This document shows, in pieces, positions 10,642 to 20,981 of a stretch of 64,000 nt of DNA. Source of the stretch: Candidatus Cloacimonadales bacterium (lineage in GTDB: Bacteria; Cloacimonadota; Cloacimonadia; Cloacimonadales; JAFGVF01); contig OY762964.1 of NCBI GenBank assembly GCA_963667035.1, positions 512,001-576,000 of the forward strand. Reading direction: 5' to 3'. A model generated the notes under the pieces. It had not been told where the DNA came from. It worked only from the letters and a program-made list of their open reading frames with translations, and ran no database searches. Position 1 is the first letter of the stretch, and every line of letters starts with the position of its first letter. Position numbers and translations under genes: made by a program.

Positions 10642-10779
10642 ATTGAGGCAGATCCATTACTGCATGAACTAAAGTGTTTAAGTAATCATACTATCTCTGC
10701 AATTGTATGCAGAGATAGTATCCACAAGTAAAGTGGAGTTCAGCTTAATACCAAACCGGATTACTTTATGTTACCCTCT
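10595..10779 (-). ncRNA. Candidate structured non-coding RNA or leader
   Basis: Perfect 14-bp stem 10688-10701/10708-10721, further nested and alternative pairings, terminal terminator, no ORF. Confidence 0.45.
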
Positions 10780-11779
10780 ATATATAACAAATTAACGTGT
10801 ATAAAACAAGATTATTTAAGAATGAATGAGATATTAGGATAATTGCCAATGATTCAGTTGGGATGACTCTTACTTTTTTATGTTCAAAAGTGACAGTATG
10901 ATGAATATTATGATGAGGAAGCCACTTTTGAATCTTAAGTATTTTTTTGACAGGATGTTATCATCGCCAAAGACAGATTCATTGGCAAAATCCTAACTAT
11001 CAAATAGAGCATATATGATAAACTGAATGATAAAAGAGTATTCAATATATTAGTATCAGACTAAGCTATATAGGCATGAGTTTCGCAATAATAGATTAAC
11101 TCAATGTGATTGATTATATTCCGCCTGCAGAACCTTTAGTTAACAAAAGGGATAGAATCAATAAGAATGATAAAACTTCTATCATAAACTATATCATTAT
11201 TAGTTCTAATCAGCACTTCAAAGATCCATAAACAATTAGACACAATTATTATTATTGTGTCAAAGGATTTCTGAGTTTTTTTGTTAATGAAGTGATTTTC
11301 AATATAGATTCTGTCCTCATAAAAGTGGGAGTACTAGAAAATACTATTAATTTAAATATGTTTTCCAAGCTTTATTGGGGTGTCTACTTATTGATTATAT
11401 GCCTTGTGAGTTGCAGTATTTGTAGGAGTTTAGAGTCCTCAATAGCATTGAAGAAATATTTGTTTTTTACCTGCTCCTTACTTCTCATGAGATACTCGTT
11501 AGTTTCCCGTTAGAAACTTGTTACGGTAGATGGGAATCGGATTAGGAGTGGATGACTATCAGAAACTATTAATTTGGTTAGTAACGAACTCATAAGAAAA
11601 AATAATCTCAGGGGGTAAACTATCTATGAAAATAAATTCAAGCGAATATCGGAAGCTCTCATTCAATTTAAAAGAGTATTTACATCATAAATTATTACTT
11701 ATATGCTAATTGACAAAAAACTTGACTCAACGCTTGATTAATCAATGTTAGCAAAATCATAATATAAAAAGGATTAGAG

Positions 11780-13567
11780 ATGTTAGATTTACTCGGAAAT
11801 ATAAAAAGAACAGATTATTGCACTGCTCTGAATGCTGAAGCTATTGGTAAAGAAGTTGTCGTCATGGGTTGGGTACACAGAAGAAGAGACCTTGGTGGTC
11901 TTATTTTCGTAGATTTAAGAGACAGAACCGGAATTGTTCAGGTAGTTTTTGACCCGGAAAATGAGGAAGTTCTTACAAAAGCTCAGAGACTCAGGAACGA
12001 GTATGTAATGGCTGTGAAAGGTGAAGTCATTGCCAGAGAAGGCAATGTAAACGAAAAAATGGCAACAGGTGCGATAGAAATAAAAGCTATCGAGTTGTAT
12101 CTTCTCAACGAAAGCTCTCCCCTTCCCGTACAGGTAAATGAGGGAACCCTTGCAGATGAAGACCTGAGACTTGAATATCGTTATCTGGATTTGAGAAGAG
12201 AAGCTATAAAAAGTAAAATCATGCTTAGACATGAGATTATAGCAAGAATTAGGGAATTTCTCAATGGAGCAGGCTTTCTTGATATTGAAACTCCAATCCT
12301 TATGAAATCAACTCCGGAAGGAGCTCGAGATTATTTGGTGCCAAGTAGAATCCATCCCGGTACGTTCTTTGCTCTTCCACAATCACCCCAGCTTTATAAA
12401 CAGCTACTAATGATTTCAGGGTTTGATAAGTATTATCAGATTGCCCGTTGCTTCCGTGATGAAGATCTGAGAGCTGATAGACAACCAGAGTTCACTCAGC
12501 TTGACCTTGAGATGAGCTTTGTAACCGAAGAGGACATTTATAAAGTGATTGAAGACCTTTTAGTTTATGTATATAAATTAACCATCAATGCTGATATTGT
12601 TAAGAAATTTCCAAGGATTACTTATAAAGAAGCAATGGAAAGATACGGTTGTGATAAACCTGATACTCGCTTTGAGATGGAACTTAATGACCTTTCCGAT
12701 GTGCTAGCTAACTCTGAGTTCAAAGTGTTTGCCGGAGCATTATCCGAAAATGGAACAGTTCGTTGTATTGTCGCTCCCGGTTGTGCTTCATACAGCAGAA
12801 AGCAGATTGACGGTCTTACTGATATTGCAAAACATCTTGGAGGAAAAGGTCTTGCTTTTGCAAAGGTTGCTGACGGTACGCTTGAGGCAGGAATCTCAAA
12901 ATTCCTTACTGAAGATGAAAAGATAGGAGTCTTAGCAAGAACAGAAGCTAATGACGGTGATTTAATTCTCTTTGGGGCAGATTCAAAAGAGATAGTCTTG
13001 AAAGTGCTTGCAGGTATTAGAAACCATCTTGGAACAGAGCTTGGACTTATTGATGAAAATAAGTTTAACTTCTTATGGGTTACTCGTTTTCCGATGTTTG
13101 AGTTCAATGCAGACCAAAACAGATGGGAACCTCTTCATCACATGTTTAGTATGCCACAAGAGGAACACCTTGAATATCTTAACGATTCCAGTCGTTATGC
13201 TGAAATTGAAGGTCAGATTTATGATTTAGTATGCAATGGTGTAGAGCTTGCATCTGGTAGTATAAGATGCCATAGACAGGATATTCAAGAGAAGATATTC
13301 AATATTGTTGGTTTCTCTAAAGAGGAGCAAGAGATGAAGTTCGGTTTCTTCCTTAACGCTTTGAGATACGGAACTCCGCCACATGGTGGTATTGCTCCAG
13401 GAATTGACAGAATTGTGATGCAGATGACAAAAGCAGAATCCATTCGCGATGTGATAGCATTCCCTAAAACTCTTAAAGCGGTAGATTTAATGAGTAAAGC
13501 TCCGGGACTTGTAGATAAAGCTCAGCTTGATGAGCTTCATATAAGTATTATCGAAAAAAGTGAATAG
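11780..13567 (+). CDS. aspS: Aspartate--tRNA ligase
   Basis: [59 protein letters not shown]. Confidence 0.98.
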   Translation: MLDLLGNIKRTDYCTALNAEAIGKEVVVMGWVHRRRDLGGLIFVDLRDRTGIVQVVFDPENEEVLTKAQRLRNEYVMAVKGEVIAREGNVNEKMATGAIEIKAIELYLLNESSPLPVQVNEGTLADEDLRLEYRYLDLRREAIKSKIMLRHEIIARIREFLNGAGFLDIETPILMKSTPEGARDYLVPSRIHPGTFFALPQSPQLYKQLLMISGFDKYYQIARCFRDEDLRADRQPEFTQLDLEMSFVTEEDIYKVIEDLLVYVYKLTINADIVKKFPRITYKEAMERYGCDKPDTRFEMELNDLSDVLANSEFKVFAGALSENGTVRCIVAPGCASYSRKQIDGLTDIAKHLGGKGLAFAKVADGTLEAGISKFLTEDEKIGVLARTEANDGDLILFGADSKEIVLKVLAGIRNHLGTELGLIDENKFNFLWVTRFPMFEFNADQNRWEPLHHMFSMPQEEHLEYLNDSSRYAEIEGQIYDLVCNGVELASGSIRCHRQDIQEKIFNIVGFSKEEQEMKFGFFLNALRYGTPPHGGIAPGIDRIVMQMTKAESIRDVIAFPKTLKAVDLMSKAPGLVDKAQLDELHISIIEKSE

Positions 13568-13568
13568 A

Positions 13569-14153
13569 ATGGAAGATTATAAAATAGCAGTTTTCACTTC
13601 AGGAATGAGTCGTGGCTCTAACTTTGAAGCTATGGTGAATGTATTCAAGGGAATGGATCTGCCTATTACAATAGAATTTGTACTTATTACCAGACGCAAC
13701 GCTCCAATTAAGGAGCGTTGTGAGCGTCTTGGTATACCTGTTTATTATGCCCCCACAAAGGATTGGAATTCATTTGAAGAAAAAGTGATTTCCAGATGTA
13801 GAGAATCTAATCTTGATTTAGTTGCTCTGGCAGGTTTTATGAAACAGATTACTCCACATATCATTGACGGTATTGGATGTCCGATGCTGAATATTCATCC
13901 TGCTCTTTTACCAAACTACGGAGGCAAAGGTATGTTCGGTATGAATGTACATAAAGCTGTTTTTGCTGATGGATGCAAAGAATCGGGAGTTACTGTTCAC
14001 CAAGTTAATGATGCATACGATGAGGGAGATATTGTTGCTCAAGAGCAGGTGGATATAACCAAATGTAGTTCTCCGGAAGAGATAGCTAAAACAGTCTTGA
14101 AGATTGAGCACTCCCTCTATGGAAGAGCAATTTGGAGTTTTCTTAAAAAATAA
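13569..14153 (+). CDS. purN: Phosphoribosylglycinamide formyltransferase
   Basis: GSNF, LAGFM, LNIHPALLP, SGVTVH, YDEG motifs; start may instead be at 13560. Confidence 0.92.
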   Translation: MEDYKIAVFTSGMSRGSNFEAMVNVFKGMDLPITIEFVLITRRNAPIKERCERLGIPVYYAPTKDWNSFEEKVISRCRESNLDLVALAGFMKQITPHIIDGIGCPMLNIHPALLPNYGGKGMFGMNVHKAVFADGCKESGVTVHQVNDAYDEGDIVAQEQVDITKCSSPEEIAKTVLKIEHSLYGRAIWSFLKK

Positions 14154-15436
14154 TGAAAATAGCAATTAAAACTCTTGGGTGTAAGATTAATCAATACGAA
14201 TCATCCTGCATTCTCGAACCTTTCGTAAATGACGGATATGCTGTTGTTCCGTTTGAATCGGAAGCTGATATTTATATAGTAAACACTTGTACTGTAACTA
14301 ATAGAACGGATTTCAAATCCCGTAACTTCATACGTAAGGCCCTTAAACATAAAGAATCGAATCCTCATATTAAGATAGTTGTGACCGGCTGTTTTGCTCA
14401 AAGAGAACCTGAGCAGATTGAGGATATGGGTGAGATTGATTACATTGTGGATAATCAACAGAAAGGTCTAATATACAGCCTTCTTAAGACTCAAAAGTTT
14501 GAGTTTCATGATATTCTAACAGAACAATACTTCCCTGAAATGCAAACTTCTGCTATGAATGAGCATAGCCGTGTCTTTTTGAAAGTTCAGGACGGATGTG
14601 ACTTTTATTGTTCATACTGTGCTATACCTTATGCACGTGGACACTCAAGAAGTAGAGAACCGGAAAAGGTAATAGAGCAAGTGGAACTATTAACAAAGCA
14701 AGGTTATCATGAATTTGTGCTTGGTGGTATCAACATGGGTTTGTATGGAAGAGATTTGAATCAAGGTTACTATCTGGAATCATTGATTAAAGATATTAGT
14801 TCTGTCTCAGGTGTTGAGTTAATAAGACTCAGTTCTGTAGAACCACAACTCTTTACCGATGGTATGAAACAGGAAATAGAAAGAAATAGCAAGATATGTT
14901 CTCATTTACATATCCCTTTACAATCCGGATGTGATACAATTTTAAAAGCAATGAAAAGACGCTATACAACTTCGCAATTCATATCTCAGATTAATGATCT
15001 ACTGAGTATCAGACCTGATTTGGCACTTGGTTTTGATGTGATAACCGGATTCCCGGGAGAAACAGATAAGCTTTTTTCAGAGACTTTTGAATTCTTAGAG
15101 AATATTCCATTTACTTACTTGCATAACTTCACTTATTCCCGTCGAAATGGAACTCCTGCTGCTAAACTGAAAGGACAGGTAAACGGTAAAGTGGCTAATG
15201 AGAGAGTGAATAGAATGGAAGCTTTATCACAGAATAAAAAGCAAGTTTATACTCGGAGACTGGTAGATGATAAAATATTGCTCAGAGGTGTAGTCGAAAA
15301 TATTAACAGTGGTATTTGGACTTCTCTTTCTGACCACTACATTCGCATGAACGGAGAGAATTGCGATGTTAAGCAAGGAGATATGATTTCGATAGTACCT
15401 ACTATTATTCAAAAAGATGGGGTAGAGGTGAAATAG
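14153..15436 (+). CDS. mtaB: tRNA t6A37 methylthiotransferase (radical SAM)
   Basis: TLGCKINQYES, NTCTVT, VTGCFAQ, KVQDGCDFYCSYC. Confidence 0.9.
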   Translation: MKIAIKTLGCKINQYESSCILEPFVNDGYAVVPFESEADIYIVNTCTVTNRTDFKSRNFIRKALKHKESNPHIKIVVTGCFAQREPEQIEDMGEIDYIVDNQQKGLIYSLLKTQKFEFHDILTEQYFPEMQTSAMNEHSRVFLKVQDGCDFYCSYCAIPYARGHSRSREPEKVIEQVELLTKQGYHEFVLGGINMGLYGRDLNQGYYLESLIKDISSVSGVELIRLSSVEPQLFTDGMKQEIERNSKICSHLHIPLQSGCDTILKAMKRRYTTSQFISQINDLLSIRPDLALGFDVITGFPGETDKLFSETFEFLENIPFTYLHNFTYSRRNGTPAAKLKGQVNGKVANERVNRMEALSQNKKQVYTRRLVDDKILLRGVVENINSGIWTSLSDHYIRMNGENCDVKQGDMISIVPTIIQKDGVEVK

Positions 15437-15437
15437 G

Positions 15438-16130
15438 ATGATTAAAGTTGAGAATTTATATGTAGGTTTCGGTGATAAACCTGTATTGAATAATATTAGT
15501 CTTACTATACCGAAGGGAAAATCAACTGTAGTTATTGGTCGTAGCGGTTGTGGTAAAACGGTTCTGATTAAGAGTATTATTGGTCTCGTAGAATATCAGC
15601 AAGGTAGGATTGAAGTTTCTGGTATTGTTCATGAAGTGGGTAATAATAAAAATCTTGTGAATGTAAGAAAGAAGATATCCATGGTGTTTCAGAATTCAGC
15701 CCTCTTTGATTCCATGAATGTTTTCCAGAACGTAGCGTTTCCATTAGTAGAGCATACTGATTTTAAGCCGACCTTAATCAAGAATATTGTCAGTGATAAG
15801 TTAGCTATGGTTGGCTTAAAAGGTATCGAAGAATTGATGCCGTCGGAACTCTCCGGTGGTATGAAGAAAAGAGTTGGACTTGCAAGAGCAATAGTTTTAG
15901 AGCCTGAATATGTTTTCTATGATGAACCAACTACCGGACTTGATCCCGAAACAACAGAAGAGATAATATCGCTTATGAAGGAGCTGGATGATAATGGTAA
16001 CTGGACTTCAGTTATTATTACTCATGATAGAAAAGTTTTGGAAGCATTCCCTGAAAATATCGTACTGCTAGAAAATGGAGTAATTGGGTTTGAAGGACAC
16101 TTTAGTAAATTGACTAATCATAAGTTTTAA
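15438..16130 (+). CDS. ABC transporter ATP-binding protein, MlaF/Mkl-like
   Basis: GRSGCGKT, FQNSALFDSMNV, PSELSGGMKKRVGLARA, YDEPTTGLDP. Confidence 0.85.
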   Translation: MIKVENLYVGFGDKPVLNNISLTIPKGKSTVVIGRSGCGKTVLIKSIIGLVEYQQGRIEVSGIVHEVGNNKNLVNVRKKISMVFQNSALFDSMNVFQNVAFPLVEHTDFKPTLIKNIVSDKLAMVGLKGIEELMPSELSGGMKKRVGLARAIVLEPEYVFYDEPTTGLDPETTEEIISLMKELDDNGNWTSVIITHDRKVLEAFPENIVLLENGVIGFEGHFSKLTNHKF

Positions 16131-16144
16131 GAACATCTATATAT

Positions 16145-16179
16145 AAAAAGGGGAGTGCATTTTGCATTCCCCTTAATTT
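16145..16179. terminator. Terminator between convergent genes
   Basis: AAGGGGAGTGCA-ttt-TGCATTCCCCTT with an A run on the left. Confidence 0.8.
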
Positions 16180-16191
16180 ATAATAGAATGA

Positions 16192-19100
16192 TTACTTCAT
16201 GAGAACCATTTTATTAACTTTAGTTTGTCCGCCATTCTCAAGTTTGTAGAAGTAAACACCACTTGTATGGTTATCAGCTTTCCAAACTATTTCATTTGAA
16301 CCCTTAGTAACATTACCATTAACAAGAGTGTCAACTAACTGACCTCTCATGTTATAGATCTTAAGTGTTGTGTGACCTGTTGTAGGAACACTATACTTAA
16401 TTGTTGTTTCAGGATTGAATGGGTTAGGGAAGTTGTTAAGTTCAAATTTCTGAACAGCAACTTGCTCATTTGTGTCAGTACTGTTATTAACAGTTGCACG
16501 AATCATTATGTTACCATCAGTGATAGGAGTCCATTCAGAAGTTCCTACTTGTAAGAATGAGTATCCGTTTGAACTGGTATCTTTACCAATTACACTTACA
16601 TTTCCAATTTCTACGATACAAACATAGAAAATACCATCTTCTTCATCTGTATATTCCTGTCCTTCAGGAAGAAGGATTGTATTCCAACCGGTAACAATGC
16701 TTGCAGGACTTACAGTTGATTGAAGTACTTGTGAAAGAGGTGTTCCATTAGGACCATCATTATCATAAATACGATAGATTAGTGGTGAAGTACCTGGAGT
16801 ATCAATATACAAATGAATCATTTCAAGTTGAGCACCGGCTTGGGCACTAAATTTAACAGCCATTTTATTTGTAGGACCTGCAGTAACTCCAATTTCTGAT
16901 GTGTTGTCATCATGTAATAGAGTTTCATAATAATCAGGCATTACGAAAAGGTTAACTTCAGCGGGATTTGATGGAGAACCATCATATACAGCTTTAACTT
17001 GATAATAATTAAAAGCTTCAGGAGCAGGAACGTCATGTGTATATGTTAATTCAGTAGTAGTTCCTAACATAGTGAAGTCAGTTCCATTAGATGAGTGATA
17101 TACTTCATAGCTATCAGCATCTCTATCAGGTGTGATATCATATACAGTTCTGGCTTTGATATTCCAGTTGCCACTAATAGGAGTTTCACCACCTGCAGTG
17201 TCTTCAGTAATTGAAACCCATGAGTTGCTTAATCTAATCATATCACCACGACCGGCAACTGCTGGACCTGCATCGATAGGAGCAGGATTTGTTCCATTAG
17301 AAACCATGTGTAAACCAAACCATAACTCTTCTGTCATATCAATTTGAATAGGAGTTGGTAATGTAATTGTGTTCCATGCGTTGATTGTAGGATTAGTAAC
17401 AGGAACTTCTGCTACTGTGTTAATAGCATTATTACCTGTCCATACTTTAACAGTGTAATCACATGTTGCTTCGCGAGCATAGAAATCAATTTCAGTAAGA
17501 TACATTCCATGATAAGGAATCAATTCTGCTAAAGTCCAACGTGAGGCTACATCAAAGCTCATAATGGTTGGGCCACCAATACCATCATAGTTCTCATCAG
17601 AACAATATGACATAGTCTCATAATCAGGTACTATCGGAGCAACCCAATCTAACTGAACACCTGTATCATTCTGAACAGCAGTAAGGTCAGTAGGTTCATA
17701 GAAGAAACCTGCAGGATAATATGTGAATGGAAGTTCTACTACATCAGATTCACCTTCATGATATACAGATGCAACACCTGCTAAGTGGGTTGAACCTGAA
17801 GTAAGACCTGTAAACACATAAGAATCTGTAAGAACATCTTCACCTACTAGCTGACCATCAAGGTATACATTGTAAGATGTTAATGATCTTTCTACCGGAG
17901 TAGCTTCAGTATTGATATTTGTAGCTAACTCATAGCTGTTAGTATCAATTGTCTGTGGTAATGAGCTGGAATGAGAAAGAGTTCTTGTTGCAGTGCCGTC
18001 AAAAGTAAGAGCACCAATCATCCAGTTATTGCTGAAACTAGCTCCGAATGCTACAGAAGCATCAAGCCATTGTCCACCATTGAGAACTTTGTCACCTTTT
18101 CCAACAACTGAGTCTGTGTTATCGTAAGCAGCCGGGAATTCATCATCAGCATGAATAGCAGTATAACCAACCCAAATCTCTTGAGAACCGTCAATAGGAA
18201 TAGCAGTTGGTAGTAATATTTCGTTCCAAACACCACTAACAACATCATCAACTTCTTGTTGCCAAATCAAATTTGCAGCATTTGCTCCGGTCCAGATTTT
18301 CATTGTATAAATGCATGCTGAGTTTCCAGGTACAAAACGTGCTTTAATAATACTTGTGTTAGTGTAATCTGCAAGGTCGGTTGTTGCCCATCTGTTAGCA
18401 ACGGTAATTGAACCTCCACCTTCCCAACCAATACTACCTAGCATAGTATCATTGGACCAACCAATCCATGTTCCGTCAATAATAGGTTCATCCCAAGTCA
18501 AAACACCGCCTGTTTCAATAACAGAAACATTTGATGGAGGGAAGATACCATAGAAAGGAGGTTGGTATGTGAATGTAACATTTACAGGAGTAGATTCACC
18601 GGAATCATGAGTAGCACTTACTCCAACTATATGCTCAGCATTAGGAATTAAATCTATCGGGTCGAGCAAAAACTCATGTGCCTGAATATTTGAAGCAACA
18701 GCTGTACCGTCAAGGTATACATTGAAACCAAGTAAAGTACGTTCAACACGTGAACTTGCTACATATTCAAAACCGGGATTAACAACTGGAGTTGCAGGTA
18801 TTGATTCAGGATTGTAGTTAGCAATTGCAACGGGACGACCTGAATTATCTGCAGCATAAGCTTGGATATTCCAGTTCCCAACTAATTCAGGGTTAATAGA
18901 TGTTAACTGTCTCCATGATCCTTGATAGTACATCATATTTCCGTAACCGCCAATAGTTGGTGAAGAATCATCTGTGCCAGCAGGATGACCTGTTGTTGTA
19001 TTACAATTATAACCGATCCAAAGTTCTTCAGTTCCTGAGATTTGATATGGAGTTGTAAGCGTTACGCTGTTCCATTCGTTAATTGAAGGTGCTGCTACAA

Positions 19101-19452
19101 CTTGACTCATTACTTCATTAGCAGCATTAGCACCAGTCCAGATTTTCAGTGTATAATCACACTGAGCTTCACTAGGATGGAATCTAATTTGTTCAATAGT
19201 TAATCCTGCATAAGGAGCGATGCCCGTAACATCCCATCTTATAGCAGCATCGAAATTTGCTGCAGCACCCGTACCAATATTACCTGTGTTGTGACCATTG
19301 TCATAATGCATCCAACCCGGGGTACCTGCCGGGTCATCCCATGTTACTAAACCTGTGTAACTATCAACTTCTACATCAGTAGGAGCATTCTGTGCGAACA
19401 GACCTACTGCTAAGAAGCAGACTAGTAAAAGAAGAATTGATTTTTTCATCAA
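16192..19452 (-). CDS. Large secreted repeat (adhesin/surface) protein with T9SS-like C-terminal sorting domain
   Basis: Signal peptide; three related ~150-aa modules (RW...KxWTGxNAxN...WN...ExWxG...NW); FN3-like spacers; C-terminal NFPNPFNPETTI...SGVYFYKL...KMVLMK. Confidence 0.85.
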   Translation of the reverse strand: MMKKSILLLLVCFLAVGLFAQNAPTDVEVDSYTGLVTWDDPAGTPGWMHYDNGHNTGNIGTGAAANFDAAIRWDVTGIAPYAGLTIEQIRFHPSEAQCDYTLKIWTGANAANEVMSQVVAAPSINEWNSVTLTTPYQISGTEELWIGYNCNTTTGHPAGTDDSSPTIGGYGNMMYYQGSWRQLTSINPELVGNWNIQAYAADNSGRPVAIANYNPESIPATPVVNPGFEYVASSRVERTLLGFNVYLDGTAVASNIQAHEFLLDPIDLIPNAEHIVGVSATHDSGESTPVNVTFTYQPPFYGIFPPSNVSVIETGGVLTWDEPIIDGTWIGWSNDTMLGSIGWEGGGSITVANRWATTDLADYTNTSIIKARFVPGNSACIYTMKIWTGANAANLIWQQEVDDVVSGVWNEILLPTAIPIDGSQEIWVGYTAIHADDEFPAAYDNTDSVVGKGDKVLNGGQWLDASVAFGASFSNNWMIGALTFDGTATRTLSHSSSLPQTIDTNSYELATNINTEATPVERSLTSYNVYLDGQLVGEDVLTDSYVFTGLTSGSTHLAGVASVYHEGESDVVELPFTYYPAGFFYEPTDLTAVQNDTGVQLDWVAPIVPDYETMSYCSDENYDGIGGPTIMSFDVASRWTLAELIPYHGMYLTEIDFYAREATCDYTVKVWTGNNAINTVAEVPVTNPTINAWNTITLPTPIQIDMTEELWFGLHMVSNGTNPAPIDAGPAVAGRGDMIRLSNSWVSITEDTAGGETPISGNWNIKARTVYDITPDRDADSYEVYHSSNGTDFTMLGTTTELTYTHDVPAPEAFNYYQVKAVYDGSPSNPAEVNLFVMPDYYETLLHDDNTSEIGVTAGPTNKMAVKFSAQAGAQLEMIHLYIDTPGTSPLIYRIYDNDGPNGTPLSQVLQSTVSPASIVTGWNTILLPEGQEYTDEEDGIFYVCIVEIGNVSVIGKDTSSNGYSFLQVGTSEWTPITDGNIMIRATVNNSTDTNEQVAVQKFELNNFPNPFNPETTIKYSVPTTGHTTLKIYNMRGQLVDTLVNGNVTKGSNEIVWKADNHTSGVYFYKLENGGQTKVNKMVLMK

Positions 19453-19493
19453 TTTGCCTCCACTTATTTTTTTTCTGGTTGTATCTAAATCTT

Positions 19494-20051
19494 TTAAAGA
19501 TTATTACAAAATTCTCTCTCGGAGAATATCTCCGCTGAAAAGCGGAATATTTTAGTTCCATTTTCTTTCCAGGAGTATTTAGGTAAGCCTGCTTTTATAC
19601 AGGTCTCCCGGAGCAATGTTTCGACATCAAAATTATGTTCAATAGCAACTTGGGGTAACAACAAACCCGAGTAAAAGTCCTTTACTATGAACAAACCATC
19701 TCTTCCAATGACAATCTCATTCTCATTAGTAACAGCATTCATTTCGCTTAGAATTGAAATCTCTATTGAAACATCATTTAATTCTCCAACACCAACAGTT
19801 GGGAATCTGGGATCTTCTGTCGCTGCCGCTACTGCCATTCTCTTTACTGTGTTATAAACTGAATCCACAGCTTTGACAAAACCTATGCAACCTCTCAAGT
19901 TGCCATTCTTATGGAGAGTTACAAACCCTCCGGCTTTTCTTTGAAATACCGGATTATCGGGAACAGATGTTATAACTTCCTGTCCTCTTAAATGTGTTGA
20001 TATAGACTCTCTTGCTAATCTAAGAAGGAATCTCTTCTCTTCACTATTCAT
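19494..20051 (-). CDS. amrA: AmmeMemoRadiSam system protein A (AMMECR1 domain)
   Basis: FVTLHKNGNLRGCIG, AATEDPRF, GLLLPQV, CIKAGL. Confidence 0.93.
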   Translation of the reverse strand: MNSEEKRFLLRLARESISTHLRGQEVITSVPDNPVFQRKAGGFVTLHKNGNLRGCIGFVKAVDSVYNTVKRMAVAAATEDPRFPTVGVGELNDVSIEISILSEMNAVTNENEIVIGRDGLFIVKDFYSGLLLPQVAIEHNFDVETLLRETCIKAGLPKYSWKENGTKIFRFSAEIFSEREFCNNL

Positions 20052-20874
20052 TATCGTCTACCAAACTTTCCATAACAATTGAAGTGTAACCAACAACATT
20101 ATCATAATCCTTATTTATCTGCCCGGAATTAGAGTAGCATAATTTTCGGAATTTTGCCTTCTTGACCTCTCTGGCAATCTGCATAAGGGTTAATACTCCG
20201 CCCATCCCACAGGCTTCGCATTTTCCTAAGCTTTTAGCATCCAATAATGCTTCTATATTTCCGGAAAGAACCAGATTAATAAATATATTATCTTTTTTCT
20301 CTGCTAAATCTACAGGGAAATAGTGTGATAAATCCGTTGAAATAACGATCTTTGTTCTCTCACGGTCTTTACTATATAAATCAAAAATCTTTTCTGCCAG
20401 AATCTTACTATTATTAAGAGTCTGATTTGCAAATATCACAGGTATTATCTTTGCTTCGGGAGCAACCATCTTGATGAATGGAAGTTGAACTTCCATTGAA
20501 TGTTCTCTTTCATGGAGCATCGGGTCAAAAATAAAACCTTCATGCGATAATAGAGTTTCAACACCTTCTCTGTCAACTTTTAGTTTTCCAAGAGGTGTTT
20601 CATAGAAGTTATAATCCCCTACAGAAAAGGCTATATGATTTGATATATGTGAAGGAGCAATCAGAATTATTCGTTCAATATTTTCACCATAAAATGTCTT
20701 GTAGCCGTAAGCTGCACATTGTCCGGAGTAGAGATATCCGGCATGAGGTACTATAATTCCGAGAGCTTTTCCGAAGTAATCGGGAGCGTGTTCTAACAGA
20801 TTTGTTAACTCACGGGTTAACTCGTCCGCTCTTCTCGGATAGAAGTGACCGGCAACATAGGCTTTTCTATTCAT
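20044..20874 (-). CDS. amrB: AmmeMemoRadiSam system protein B (MEMO1 family)
   Basis: AGHFYP, PHAGYLYSG, EHSMEVQLPF, STDLSHY, EACG, VVGY. Confidence 0.93.
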   Translation of the reverse strand: MNRKAYVAGHFYPRRADELTRELTNLLEHAPDYFGKALGIIVPHAGYLYSGQCAAYGYKTFYGENIERIILIAPSHISNHIAFSVGDYNFYETPLGKLKVDREGVETLLSHEGFIFDPMLHEREHSMEVQLPFIKMVAPEAKIIPVIFANQTLNNSKILAEKIFDLYSKDRERTKIVISTDLSHYFPVDLAEKKDNIFINLVLSGNIEALLDAKSLGKCEACGMGGVLTLMQIAREVKKAKFRKLCYSNSGQINKDYDNVVGYTSIVMESLVDDNE

Positions 20875-20981
20875 AAAGTGCTCTTCCTTATCATTTTCTC
20901 AAGGATATTTTTTTGTTGTTAATTTATCAAGAACTTTTTTTATTAGCACTAATTAATATCAACATTCAGAGTTAGAATATC

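Noticed and set aside
10595..10779. Retron msr/msd or DGR interpretation of the hairpins
   Set aside because: No reverse transcriptase gene in the window and no template/variable repeat pair seen
11292..11513. 73-aa plus-strand ORF
   Set aside because: GTG start without RBS, no recognisable motif, runs into the phased repeat tract
11600..11779. T-box leader upstream of aspS
   Set aside because: No T-box consensus or terminator seen
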